64,000 nt of DNA from an uncultured Actinomycetota bacterium (lineage in GTDB: Bacteria; Actinomycetota; Actinomycetes; Mycobacteriales; CADCTP01). Location of the stretch: the NCBI GenBank assembly GCA_963849885.1, contig CAWKIV010000003.1, positions 5,116 to 69,115 of the forward strand. The letters run 5' to 3'. How positions within the stretch are numbered: the stretch's first letter is position 1; each line of letters starts with the position of its first letter. Below the pieces are notes generated by a model, which was not told the origin of the DNA, did no database searches, and saw only the letters and a list, made by a program, of their open reading frames with translations. Shown here one piece after another: positions 1-10,368 of the stretch. A program made the translations under genes and the position numbers.

Positions 1-696
1 GCCGCGCGGCATCGGCGCCAGGACCGGCGTGAAGGACAGCGTGCGCGCGCCGGTGGCCTGCCGGATCTCCGAGACGTGCTGGTGACGGCCCACCTTGTAG
101 GGCGAGAGGTCGCCCATCACCTCGCTGCCGAGCAGGTGGGCCTTGCCGGCGCGGCCGGCGCCGGAGGTGCCGGAGGCGGCCACGGCCACCACGTCCTCGG
201 GCTCGACCAGGCCGGCCGCGATCAGCGGGGCGAGCGCCAGGGTGATCGCCACCGCGTAGCAGCCGGTGACCGCGACCCGGTGGCTCGCCGCGATCGCGGC
301 GCGCTGGCCGGGCAGCTCGGGCAACCCGTAGGTCCAGCTGCCGGCATGCTCCCCGCCGTAGGCCGACGCCCAGGCCCGCGGGTCGGCGAGCCGGTGGTCG
401 GCACCGAGGTCGACCACCGGGAGGTCGGGCGGCAGCGCCGCGGCCAGCCGGCCGGACTCGCCGTGCGGCAGCGCGAGCAGGACGAGGTCGGCGGCGGCGA
501 GCGACTCCGGCGTGGTCGGCGCCAGCACCCGGTCGGCCAGGCTGACCAGCTGCGGGTGCACGTCGCCGAGCCGCTCCCCCGCGCTGGCGTGCGCCGTCAG
601 CGGACCGACATCCAGGTCGGGGTGACCGGTGAGCAGGCGCACCAGCTCGCCGCCGGCGTATCCGCTGGCTCCGGCGACCGCGACCGTCGTTCCCAT
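1..696 (-). CDS. argC: N-acetyl-gamma-glutamyl-phosphate reductase (5' part; runs off window)
   Basis: ATG at 696 translates to MGTTVAVAGASGYAGGELVRLL...LALPHGES...VDLGADHRL...YGLPEL...VTGCYA; not in the ORF track because it is truncated. Confidence 0.95.
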   Translation of the reverse strand, partial: MGTTVAVAGASGYAGGELVRLLTGHPDLDVGPLTAHASAGERLGDVHPQLVSLADRVLAPTTPESLAAADLVLLALPHGESGRLAAALPPDLPVVDLGADHRLADPRAWASAYGGEHAGSWTYGLPELPGQRAAIAASHRVAVTGCYAVAITLALAPLIAAGLVEPEDVVAVAASGTSGAGRAGKAHLLGSEVMGDLSPYKVGRHQHVSEIRQATGARTLSFTPVLAPMPRG

Positions 697-733
697 GCGC
701 ACGAACATACCCGGTGATGCATGACGATGCGAA
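696..733. promoter_or_regulatory. Tandem ARG-box-like operators overlapping the argC -10 (TATGTT, 7 nt before ATG)
   Basis: TGCATGACGATGCG at 718-731 and a weaker core (rev. GGTATGTTCGTGCG) at 698-711, 20 nt apart; resembles the actinobacterial ArgR core TGCATnnnnATGCA. Confidence 0.65.
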
Positions 734-772
734 CCGCCGGTTTTGTCAGAGGGTCCCGCTACGGTGCCGGCC

Positions 773-1471
773 ATGGAGGAAGTCCTGGTCGCCGCGGTGC
801 GTGCGGCACTACTTGCCGAGGCCGACCCGGCGAAGGCCGCGCCCATGCGTGCATACATGAAGTCCACCATGCCGATGCTCGGCGTGCCGCAGCCGGTCCG
901 GGCGGCGGTGCTGCGGCCGCTGCTGGCCGAGCACCCGCTGCCCGACGCGGGCCGGTGGCGGGCCGCGGTGCTCGGGCTGTGGCGCGCCGCCGCCTATCGC
1001 GAGGAGCGGTATGCGGCGCTCACCCTCGCCGGCCACCGGACCTATCGCGGCTTCCTGCTCGGCGAGCCGGCCGAGTCGGTGCGGATGCTGGACGAGCTGG
1101 TGGTCACCGGCGCCTGGTGGGACCTGGTGGACGAGACGGCGACCCGGCTGGTCGGGCCGCTGCTGCGGTCCGCTCCCGACGTGCTGACGCCGACCGTGCG
1201 GGCATGGGCGACCGACGAGGACCGGTGGCGGCGGCGCACCGCGGTCATCTGCCAGATCGGCGCCAAGGAGGGGACCGACACGGCCCTGCTCGCGGCCGCG
1301 ATCGAGGCCAATGCGGCCGACCGCGACTTCTTCCTCCGCAAGGGCATCGGCTGGGCGCTGCGGCAGCATGCCCGGACCGACCCGCAGTGGGTGCGGGACT
1401 TCGTCGCCGGGCACGACCTGAGCCCGCTGTCCCGGCGCGAGGCGCTCAAGCACCTCGGCGGGTCGCCGTGA
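773..1471 (+). CDS. DNA alkylation repair protein (AlkD-like HEAT-repeat family)
   Basis: MRAYMKS, WWDLVDE and FFLRKGIGWALRQHARTDP motifs; ATG at 773 with TACGGT 7 nt upstream. Confidence 0.85.
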   Translation: MEEVLVAAVRAALLAEADPAKAAPMRAYMKSTMPMLGVPQPVRAAVLRPLLAEHPLPDAGRWRAAVLGLWRAAAYREERYAALTLAGHRTYRGFLLGEPAESVRMLDELVVTGAWWDLVDETATRLVGPLLRSAPDVLTPTVRAWATDEDRWRRRTAVICQIGAKEGTDTALLAAAIEANAADRDFFLRKGIGWALRQHARTDPQWVRDFVAGHDLSPLSRREALKHLGGSP

Positions 1472-1479
1472 CCGCCGGG

Positions 1480-3948
1480 TCAGCCGCGCAGGACGGCTCC
1501 GGTCCGCCGGGCCGCCTCGGCCACAGCCGCGTCGCGCGCCTCGGCCGCCTCCTCCACGGTCAGCGTCCGGTCCGGGGCACGGAAGCGCAGCGAGTAGGCC
1601 AGCGACCGGCGGCCCGGCCCGAGCCGCTCCGGGTCGGTGTAGACGTCGAAGAGCCGCAGCGACTCCAGCAGCGCGCCGGCGCCCTCCCGGAGGGCCGCGG
1701 CGACGTCCGCGGCCGGGGCCTCGTCCGGCACCACCAGGGCGACGTCCAGCAGCGCCGGCGGATAGGTCGACAGCACCGGGGCGCGGACGATGCCGCCCGC
1801 CCCGAGCGCGTCGAGGTCCAGCTCCATCGCGCAGGTCCGCTCCGGCAGCTCCAGCGCCGCGACCACCCGCGGGTGCAGCTCGCCGGCGTAGCCGATCACC
1901 CGGTCGTCGCGGAGCAGCGCCGCGCACCGGCCGGGGTGCCAGGGCGCCTGCCGGGCGGCCCGGACGGTGAGCTCGACGCCGGCGGTGGCGGCGACCAGGC
2001 GGGCCGCCTCGACCGCGTCCGCCCAGGTGGCCGGGCGCGCCGGTCCCCACCAGCCGGCCGGCTCGGCGGCCCCGGCGAGCGCGACCGCCAGGTGGGTCGG
2101 CTGGTCGGGCAGCGCGGCCGCCACCCGGGCCAGCTCCTCGGCGGTCGGCCGGCGGTCCACCCCGAGCGACGGCATCGGCGGCGGGTCCTCGACCGGCAGG
2201 AAGACCAGGCCGGCCTCGAAGAGCGCGACGTCGCGCAGCCCGCGGCCGACGTTGCGCCGGAGCGTGCCGAGCAGGCCGGGCAGCAGCGTGGTGCGCAGCT
2301 CCGGCTCCGCCTCCGACAGCGGGTTGGCCAGCCGGAGCGCGTGCCGGCGCGGGTCGTCCTCGGCCAGCCCGAGCGCGTCGTGCACGCCGGGGGCGACGAA
2401 GGGGTAGGAGAGCACCTCGACGTAGCCGGCCTCGGCGAGCGCGCGGCCGACCGACCGGCGGGTCCGCTGGGCCTCGGTCAGCCCGCGGCCGGGCGGCGGG
2501 GTCGGCAGCGTGGACGGCACCGACTCGTAGCCCTCCAGCCGGACGACCTCCTCGACCAGGTCGGCCGGGTCGACCAGGTCGGGCCGCCAGGACGGCGGGA
2601 TGACCCGCAGCGTGCCGGCGCCGGCGACCGTGCAGCCGACCTGCTCGAGCCGGCGGAGCACCACCGCCTCCGGGATCGGGATGCCGGCGATGCGCTCCGG
2701 CAGGTCGGCCGGCAGCGGGATCGTCGCCGGAGCCACCGGGCCGCCGGCGACCGTGAAGCCGGGCGCCGGGGTGGCGCCGCCGTAGGTCGCCAGCAGGTCG
2801 CACGCGCGCTGCAGGGCGGGCGCGGCCACCTCCGGGTCGACGCCCCGCTCGAAGCGCTTGGCCGCCTCGCTCGGCAGCCGGTGCCGCCGGACGCCGCGGG
2901 AGATCGTCGGCGGCTCCCAGTGCGCCGCCTCGAGGATCACCGCGGTGGTCTCCGGGCCGATCTCGGTGCTGGCGCCGCCCATGATCCCGGCCAGCGCCAC
3001 CGGGCCGGAGTCGTCGGTCACCAGCAGGTCGTCGGGGTCCAGGACGCGCTCGGCGCCGTCGAGGGTGACCAGCCGCTCCCCCGGCCGGGCCCGCCGCACG
3101 ACCAGCTCGCCGGCGACCTTGTCCCGGTCGAAGGCGTGCATCGGCTGGCCGGTCTCCAGCATCACGTAGTTGGTCACGTCCACCGCGAGCGAGATCGACC
3201 GCACGCCGGACAGCAGCAGCCGGCGGCGCAGCCACAGCGGCGACGGTGCGGCCGGGTCCAGCCCGGTGACGACGCGGGCGGAGAAGCGGTCGCAGCCGAC
3301 CGGGTCCTCGATCCGCACCGGCCAGCCGCGGTCGTCCGGGGCGGGGACGGCCACGTCCGCCGCCGGGTCCCGGTACGGCGCGTCGAAGGCGTGCGAGAGC
3401 TCCAGCGCGATCCCGCGCACGGACATCTCGTAGCCGCGGTCGGTCGTGGTCTCCAGGTCGAGCACGGTGTCCCGCAGCTCGAGCGCCTCGATCGCGTCCG
3501 CGCCGACCGTGAGGTCCGGCGGCAGCACCAGGATGCCGAGGTGGTCGTCGCCGAGCCCGAGCTCCCGGGCCGAGCAGATCATCCCGTCCGAGACGTGGCC
3601 GTAGGTCTTGCGCGCCGAGATGGCGAAGCCGCCGGGCAGCACGGCCCCGGGCAGCGCGACGACGACCAGGTCGCCGTCGGCGAAGTTGCGCGCGCCGCAG
3701 ACGATGCCGCGGGCGCTCTCCGCACCGACGTCGACCTGGCACCAGCGGATGGTCTTGCCGTTGCCGGCGGTGAACTCCTCGAAGGAGAGCACCCGGCCGA
3801 CGACGAGCGGCCCGATGAGGTCGGTCCCCACCGGCTCGACGCCCTCGACCTCGACACCGAGCCGGATCAGGCCGGCCGCGACCTCGCGCGGGCCGGCGTC
3901 CGCCGGCAGCCGGACATGCTCGCGCAGCCAGGACAGGGGCAGCTTCAC
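1480..3948 (-). CDS. pheT: Phenylalanine-tRNA ligase beta subunit
   Basis: [54 protein letters not shown]. Confidence 0.98.
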   Translation of the reverse strand: MKLPLSWLREHVRLPADAGPREVAAGLIRLGVEVEGVEPVGTDLIGPLVVGRVLSFEEFTAGNGKTIRWCQVDVGAESARGIVCGARNFADGDLVVVALPGAVLPGGFAISARKTYGHVSDGMICSARELGLGDDHLGILVLPPDLTVGADAIEALELRDTVLDLETTTDRGYEMSVRGIALELSHAFDAPYRDPAADVAVPAPDDRGWPVRIEDPVGCDRFSARVVTGLDPAAPSPLWLRRRLLLSGVRSISLAVDVTNYVMLETGQPMHAFDRDKVAGELVVRRARPGERLVTLDGAERVLDPDDLLVTDDSGPVALAGIMGGASTEIGPETTAVILEAAHWEPPTISRGVRRHRLPSEAAKRFERGVDPEVAAPALQRACDLLATYGGATPAPGFTVAGGPVAPATIPLPADLPERIAGIPIPEAVVLRRLEQVGCTVAGAGTLRVIPPSWRPDLVDPADLVEEVVRLEGYESVPSTLPTPPPGRGLTEAQRTRRSVGRALAEAGYVEVLSYPFVAPGVHDALGLAEDDPRRHALRLANPLSEAEPELRTTLLPGLLGTLRRNVGRGLRDVALFEAGLVFLPVEDPPPMPSLGVDRRPTAEELARVAAALPDQPTHLAVALAGAAEPAGWWGPARPATWADAVEAARLVAATAGVELTVRAARQAPWHPGRCAALLRDDRVIGYAGELHPRVVAALELPERTCAMELDLDALGAGGIVRAPVLSTYPPALLDVALVVPDEAPAADVAAALREGAGALLESLRLFDVYTDPERLGPGRRSLAYSLRFRAPDRTLTVEEAAEARDAAVAEAARRTGAVLRG

Positions 3949-3951
3949 GCC

Positions 3952-5124
<1,173 letters not shown>

Positions 5125-6198
5125 TCAGCCGGCCGGCGGTTGGTCGTAGGGCGCGACGCCGGCCGGCAGCAACACCCGGAAGAGGGCACCGCCGCCGGGG
5201 GCGGCGTCCACCTCGACGACGCCGTGGTGCGCCTCCACGATCCCCTTGACGATGTAGAGCCCCAGCCCGGTGCCGCCGGCGTGCCCGCCGCGCCAGAAGC
5301 GGGAGAAGATCCGGGACCGGATCCCGTCGTCGATGCCGGCGCCCTCGTCGGCCACGGTGACCACCACGGCGTCCGAGCCATCCGGCGTCTTCGCGGCCGC
5401 GACCTCGACGGCGACCGTGCCGGCGCCGTGCCGGACCGCGTTCTCGATCAGGTTGGCGAAGACCTGCGCGACCCGGTCCGGGTCCAGCCAGGTCTCCGGC
5501 AGCTCGCCGGCCACGGCCAGCGCGAAGCGGTCGGGCCGGTCGCCGCTGGCCACCCGGCCGGCGATCACCCGGCGCACCGCGCCCGGCACGTCGACCACCT
5601 GCGGGCGCAGCCGCAGCCGGCCGGCGTCGATGCGGGAGACGTCGAGCAGGTCGGACAGCAGCCGGGTCACCCGGTCGGCGTCCGCGTTCACCGCGGCCAG
5701 CATGGCCAGCTTCTGCTCCTCGCCGAGCCGGTCCCACTTCGCCAGCAGCGTCGAGGTGAAGCCCTTCACCGTGGTCAGCGGCGAGCGGATCTCATGCGCG
5801 ACCGTGGACACCAGGTCGGCCCGGTCCCGGTCGGCCCGCAGCCGGGCCCTGGTGTCCCGGAAGGAGACCACCAGCCGGACCACCGGCCCGCGCGGCCGCT
5901 CCCGCACGTAGCGGGCGCTGACCAGCAGCTCCCGGCCCGAGCTCGACCCGGACCGCAGCTCCAGCAGCCGCTCCGGGTGGCCGGTGCGACTGCGCAGCCC
6001 GCGGTACGGGTCGATGCAGCTCCACCAGTCCGAGCCGCCGCTGTCGGCCAGCGGCATCACGTCGCGGTAGTCCCGGCCGACCGCGGCGTCGCGGGTCAGC
6101 CCGAGCAGGCGGCGGCCGGCCCGGTTCAGCGTGCTGACCCGGCCGTCCGGCCCGGCCACGAGCACGCCGTCGGGCAGCTCGTCGTACGTGTCCAGCAG
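5125..6198 (-). CDS. Soluble PAS-domain sensor histidine kinase (orphan; same position as Streptomyces OhkA); start uncertain (CTG 6198 or GTG 6165)
   Basis: PAS-like start ELPDGVLVA, H-box VAHEIRSPLT, N-box NLIENAVRH, DEGAGI, GTGLGL; no adjacent response regulator. Confidence 0.88.
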   Translation of the reverse strand: MLDTYDELPDGVLVAGPDGRVSTLNRAGRRLLGLTRDAAVGRDYRDVMPLADSGGSDWWSCIDPYRGLRSRTGHPERLLELRSGSSSGRELLVSARYVRERPRGPVVRLVVSFRDTRARLRADRDRADLVSTVAHEIRSPLTTVKGFTSTLLAKWDRLGEEQKLAMLAAVNADADRVTRLLSDLLDVSRIDAGRLRLRPQVVDVPGAVRRVIAGRVASGDRPDRFALAVAGELPETWLDPDRVAQVFANLIENAVRHGAGTVAVEVAAAKTPDGSDAVVVTVADEGAGIDDGIRSRIFSRFWRGGHAGGTGLGLYIVKGIVEAHHGVVEVDAAPGGGALFRVLLPAGVAPYDQPPAG

Positions 6199-6251
6199 GC
6201 CGGTCCCCCCTCTTGGCCCTGTGCGACGCCCGGCGCGGTGGCCGTGCGCTC

Positions 6252-7169
6252 TCAGGGCATAGCACGCGGCGGGTGGTCAGCGCCACCGCCGGGCGCCGGT
6301 CCGGCGACTCCGTGCGACCCCGGACCGGCGGCACCGGCCCGGCCCGGGCGCAACGAGCGGGCCGACGCAAACAGGCATACGGCGGCGGCCGCCGCCAGGT
6401 TCAGGCTCTCCGCCCGCGGCGAGATCGGGATGCGGACCCGGCGGTCGGCGAGCGCGCCCACGGTCGCGGGCAGGCCCCACGCCTCGTTGCCGAAGAGCCA
6501 CGCCGTCGGAGCGGCGAGGGCGCCGCGGTCGACCAGCTCGTCCAGGTCGTCCTCGCCGGCGCCGTCCGCGGCGAGCACGGTGAGGCCGGCCGCGCGGGCG
6601 GCGGCCAGCGCCGCGGCGAGGTCGGCACCGCGGACCACGGGCAGGTGGAAGAGGCTGCCGGCGGAGGCGCGGACCGCCTTCCCGTTGTACGGGTCGACGC
6701 TGCCGCCGGCGAGCACGACCGCGTCCGCGCCGGCCGCGTCCGCGCTGCGCAGGACGGTGCCGGCGTTGCCGGGGTCGCGGACGTCGGCGAGCAGGGCCAC
6801 CAGCGCCGGCCGGCCGGCGAGCGCGGTCTCCAGCGGCACGTCCAGGACCCGGCAGACCGCCACCAGGCCCTGCGGGGTGGCGGTCTCGGACAGTCCCGCG
6901 GCGGCCCGCGGCGTCACCTCGGAGACCGGCACGCCGGCCCGGTGGGCCAGCTCGACGATGTCGGCGTGCCGGTCGAGGGCCGCGGCGGTGACGAAGAGCT
7001 CGCGCGGCGGCGGGAGTGCGCCGGCCAGCGCCTCCCGGACGGCCTGCGGCCCCTCGGCCAGGAAGTCGCCGGCCTCGTCCCGGGCGGACCGGCGGGTCAG
7101 CCGGCGGGCGGCGGCGACCCGCGGCGTCCGCTCGGTGTACGGGGCCGCGCCGCTCACCGCGCCGCCCAC
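6252..7169 (-). CDS. TrmH/SpoU family RNA methyltransferase
   Basis: FLAEGPQAVREAL, VRDPGNAGTVLRSADAAG, FGNEAWGL, AESLNLAAAAAVCLF. Confidence 0.95.
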   Translation of the reverse strand: MGGAVSGAAPYTERTPRVAAARRLTRRSARDEAGDFLAEGPQAVREALAGALPPPRELFVTAAALDRHADIVELAHRAGVPVSEVTPRAAAGLSETATPQGLVAVCRVLDVPLETALAGRPALVALLADVRDPGNAGTVLRSADAAGADAVVLAGGSVDPYNGKAVRASAGSLFHLPVVRGADLAAALAAARAAGLTVLAADGAGEDDLDELVDRGALAAPTAWLFGNEAWGLPATVGALADRRVRIPISPRAESLNLAAAAAVCLFASARSLRPGRAGAAGPGSHGVAGPAPGGGADHPPRAMP

Positions 7170-7200
7170 GGACCACCTCCGGGACCCGCGCCGGGAAGGC

Positions 7201-7243
7201 GGACGCCGCGCCGGCCCGGGATCCGGGTCCGGCGCGGCGTTCC
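7201..7243 (-). terminator. GC-rich hairpin downstream of rplT
   Basis: GGACGCCGCGCCGG...CCGGCGCGGCGTTCC inverted repeat, no U-tract. Confidence 0.45.
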
Positions 7244-7266
7244 GGTCAGCTGCCGCACGGGCGGCG

Positions 7267-7650
7267 TCAGGCCGCGGTGCCGCCGGCCTCGGCGGCGGGC
7301 AGCGCCGCCTGGGCGGTGCGCACCAGCGCGGTGAAGGCCGTCGGGTCGGTCACCGCGAGGTCGGCCAGCACCTTGCGGTCGACCTCCACGCCGGCCGCCT
7401 TCAGCCCCTGGACGAAGCGGTTGTACGTCATGCCGTTGGCGCGGGCCGCGGCGTTGATCCGGGTGATCCACAGCTGGCGGAAGTCGCCCTTGCGGGCCCG
7501 CCGGTCGCGGAAGGCGTAGTTGGACGAGTGGAGCAGCTGCTCCTTCGCCTTGCGGTAGAGCCGGGAGCGCTGCCCGCGGTAACCGCTGGCCGCCTCCAGC
7601 GTCGCCCGCCGCTTCTTCTGGGCGTTGACCGCCCGCTTCACGCGTGCCAC
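7267..7650 (-). CDS. rplT: 50S ribosomal protein L20
   Basis: [40 protein letters not shown]. Confidence 0.99.
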   Translation of the reverse strand: MARVKRAVNAQKKRRATLEAASGYRGQRSRLYRKAKEQLLHSSNYAFRDRRARKGDFRQLWITRINAAARANGMTYNRFVQGLKAAGVEVDRKVLADLAVTDPTAFTALVRTAQAALPAAEAGGTAA

Positions 7651-7748
7651 TGGTGTCTGTCCTCGTCTTCCGGCGCCGCGCCGGGTGACCGGGCGGCGGA
7701 GTCGTGTCGGCCGGGGCCGCGGTCAGCGGCCGGCCGGGTCGGCGATCG

Positions 7749-7946
7749 TCAGCCGCGGCCGAGCAGCCTGCGGACGCGCTTGGCGTCCTGGGGCGCGATG
7801 TCGGTGAGACCGGCGAGCCGCCGGGTGCGGGTGCTCGGCTTGTGCTCGAGCTGGTGGCGGCGGTTGGTGTGCTGGCGGAGCAGCTTGCCGCTGCCGGACA
7901 CCCGGACACGCTTCGAGGTGCCGCTGTGCGTCTTGTTCTTGGGCAT
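7749..7946 (-). CDS. rpmI: 50S ribosomal protein L35
   Basis: [21 protein letters not shown] from ATG 7946; AGGAG SD upstream. Confidence 0.98.
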   Translation of the reverse strand: MPKNKTHSGTSKRVRVSGSGKLLRQHTNRRHQLEHKPSTRTRRLAGLTDIAPQDAKRVRRLLGRG

Positions 7947-7983
7947 GGTGGCGGGTTTCTCCTGTCGGCGGACCCGGCTGGGG

Positions 7984-8550
7984 TCAGCCGGCCGTCTCGG
8001 GGGTGGGCGTGACCTCGCGGGAGGCACGGACCACCTTGGCGTTCTTGTGCGGGGCCACGACCATCACCATGTTGCGGCCGTCCTGCTTGGGCGAGGACTC
8101 GACGAAGCCGAGCTCCTGGATGTCGTCAGCGAGTCGCTGCAGCAGCCGGAAGCCGAGCTCCGGCCGGGACTGCTCCCGGCCGCGGAACATGATGGTGACC
8201 TTGACCTTGTCTCCCGCACGGAGGAACCGCTCGACGTGACCCTTCTTGGTCGCGTAGTCGTGCGGGTCGATCTTCGGCCGGAGCTTCATCTCCTTGATGA
8301 CCGTGAGGGCCTGGTTGCGGCGGGCCTCACGCGCCTTCTGCGCGCTCTCGTACTTGAACTTGCCGTAGTCCATGAGCTTGCAGACCGGCGGCCGGGCCAT
8401 CGGGGCGACCTCGACCAGGTCGAGCTCGGACTCCTGCGCCAGACGAAGCGCATCCTCGATGCGCACGATGCCGACCTGCTCGCCCTCGGGACCGACGAGC
8501 CGCACTTCGGGGACGCGGATCCGGTCGTTGATGCGGGGCTCGGTGCTGAT
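7984..8550 (-). CDS. infC: Translation initiation factor IF-3 (ATC start)
   Basis: [20 protein letters not shown]...MDYGKFKYE...IMFRGRE; SD AGGAGG just upstream of ATC at 8550. Confidence 0.97.
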   Translation of the reverse strand: MSTEPRINDRIRVPEVRLVGPEGEQVGIVRIEDALRLAQESELDLVEVAPMARPPVCKLMDYGKFKYESAQKAREARRNQALTVIKEMKLRPKIDPHDYATKKGHVERFLRAGDKVKVTIMFRGREQSRPELGFRLLQRLADDIQELGFVESSPKQDGRNMVMVVAPHKNAKVVRASREVTPTPETAG

Positions 8551-8770
8551 GGGGCCTCCTCGGTGAGCGGTCAGGGGACCGTGCTCGCGGAAGCCCATGC
8601 TCGACCGGTCGACCGGGTCGCCGCGGGGCGGCGACACCGTGACCGCCGCGGCGCGAAGATCGCCTCGGCGGGACCGGACCCGGCAGCTGGACGGCAGCGG
8701 CTCGGGTGGGAGCGGGGCTCCACTTGCACACCTCCACACGGGGCGGAGGCTGGTCGTCCTATTGAGATTA
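8551..8770 (-). promoter_or_regulatory. infC-rpmI-rplT promoter and long 5' leader (candidate L20 autoregulatory element)
   Basis: -10 TAATCT at 8765-8770, then about 200 nt of non-coding leader with hairpins (CCTCCGC..GTGGAGG; GGAGC..GCTCC). Confidence 0.5.
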
Positions 8771-8881
8771 CCCCATCTGAACGCGTGCCGGCCGGCGGGC
8801 CTTCCCGGCCGCCCGGAGCACCCCGAACCGGCATGACTGTGCCAGTCTGTAGCGGGATGTCCGGTACGGCGAGGAGCGCGG

Positions 8882-9024
8882 ATGACCGGTGGGCCGAGCG
8901 AGGAGACCGACGTCCTGGTCGTCGGCGGCGGGATCGCCTGCGCTCCCCGTGCCTGGAGGGCGCGGTGGCGGCCGGGACCGAGGCCGCCGACCGGGTGCAC
9001 GCCTGGCTGACCGCGGGCCGCTGA
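8882..9024 (+). pseudogene. Relic of an FAD-dependent oxidoreductase (amine oxidase/HemY-like) with the middle deleted
   Basis: SD GAGGAG plus ATG gives [19 protein letters not shown], joined out of frame to [26 protein letters not shown]-stop. Confidence 0.7.
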
Positions 9025-9034
9025 GTCCGCCGGC

Positions 9035-9608
9035 TCAGGCGGACGGGTCCGGGCGGGCGGACGGGTCCGGGTCGGGCGGACGGGTCCGGGCGGGCGGACG
9101 GGTCCGGGCGGGCGGACGGGTCCGGGCGGGCGGACGGGTCGGGGCGGGCCGCGCCCGGGCTGCGGCGCGCGTGCAGCGCGCGCAGCGCCCGCACCGTGGC
9201 GACCGAGCGCTCCCCGTCGGCGGCCTGCACGGCGAGCAGCATGATCTGGTCGTCGTCGGCCAGCTCGAGGGTCGCCCAGGACCAGCCGTCCCGGAAGGCG
9301 ACCTCCCGCACCACCTCCCACGGCACGTCGTGGGAGACGAGGATGTTGCGCACCCGCAGGCCGCGCTCGTCGGCGACCAGCGACGGGCGGGCGAAGAGCA
9401 GGATGCCCGCGGCCAGGAAGAGGCCGAGCAGCGCGATCGCGATCTGGTCGCCGACGCCGAAGGCGACGCCCTCGCTGCCGGTGTTGCCGAGCAGGAACGC
9501 CATCACCACGAAGGTGACGGTGACGGCCGCCGCGGCGGCCACGGCGACGCGGCGCAGCCGGACCGGTCGCGCCCGGACCACGCCAGGGCCCTCGGTCTCG
9601 CTGCTCAC
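9035..9608 (-). CDS. Bacterial PH-domain membrane protein (bPH); 1-nt frameshift in the C-terminal repeat
   Basis: Two TM segments then [15 protein letters not shown]...VPWEVV; removing the extra T at 9072 gives ARPDPS x6 and a stop at 9035. Confidence 0.8.
9038..9149. repeat. 18-nt tandem repeat x6 (encodes ARPDPS)
   Basis: GGCGGACGGGTCCGGGCG units, one of them 19 nt. Confidence 0.95.
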
Positions 9609-9690
9609 AGGTCCATCCTGCCTGCCGCTCCCCGCCGCCGGCAGGGCGGTCCCGACCAGCCGGGTCAGGAAACCGATCCCCGCAGCCGGG

Positions 9691-10368
9691 TCAGGCCGGG
9701 TCCACCCGCAGCCCGGACTCGATGCCGAAGACGACCAGCTGGGCGCGGTCGCGGGCGCCGAGCTTGAGCATCGCCCGGCTGACGTGGGTGCGGACGGTGG
9801 CCGGGCTGATCACCAGCTCGGCGGCGATCTCGTCGTTGGACCGGCCGGTGGCCACCCAGGCGACCATCTCCCGCTCCCGCTCGGTGAGCTCGCCCAGGCG
9901 CGGGTGCGGCGCGCCGCGGCGCCCACCACCGGAGAAGCGCTCGATCACCCGGCGGGTCACGCTCGGCGACAGCAGCGAGCCGCCGTCGGCGACGACCCGC
10001 ACCGCGCGCAGCAGGTCGGCCGGGTCGGCGTCCTTGAGCACGAAGCCGCTGGCCCCGCCGGACAGCGCCTCGAAGACGTACTCGTCCAGCTCGAAGGTGG
10101 TCAGCACGACCACCCGGACCGCGGCCAGCGCCGGGTCGGCGGTGATCTCCCGCAGCGCGGCCAGCCCGTCCAGCACCGGCATCCGGACGTCCATGAGCAC
10201 CACGTCCGGCACGGTCCGGCGCACCAGGGCCAACCCGGCCCGGCCGTCCTCGGCCTCGCCGGCCAGCTCGACGCCCGGCTCGGTCTCCAGCAGCGCGCGC
10301 AGCCCCATCCGGACCAGGGCCTGGTCGTCGACGACGACGACCCGGATCGGGCGGTCCGGCTGGGTCAC
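9691..10368 (-). CDS. NarL/LuxR family response regulator
   Basis: IRVVVVDDQALVR, DVVLMDVRMP, LTERERE, ISPATVRTHVSR; GTG overlaps the kinase stop. Confidence 0.95.
   Translation of the reverse strand: MTQPDRPIRVVVVDDQALVRMGLRALLETEPGVELAGEAEDGRAGLALVRRTVPDVVLMDVRMPVLDGLAALREITADPALAAVRVVVLTTFELDEYVFEALSGGASGFVLKDADPADLLRAVRVVADGGSLLSPSVTRRVIERFSGGGRRGAPHPRLGELTEREREMVAWVATGRSNDEIAAELVISPATVRTHVSRAMLKLGARDRAQLVVFGIESGLRVDPA

Noticed and set aside
8571-9034. Long C-terminal extension of the PH protein over the infC leader
   Set aside because: Caused by one extra base in the 18-nt repeat; the corrected frame stops at 9035.
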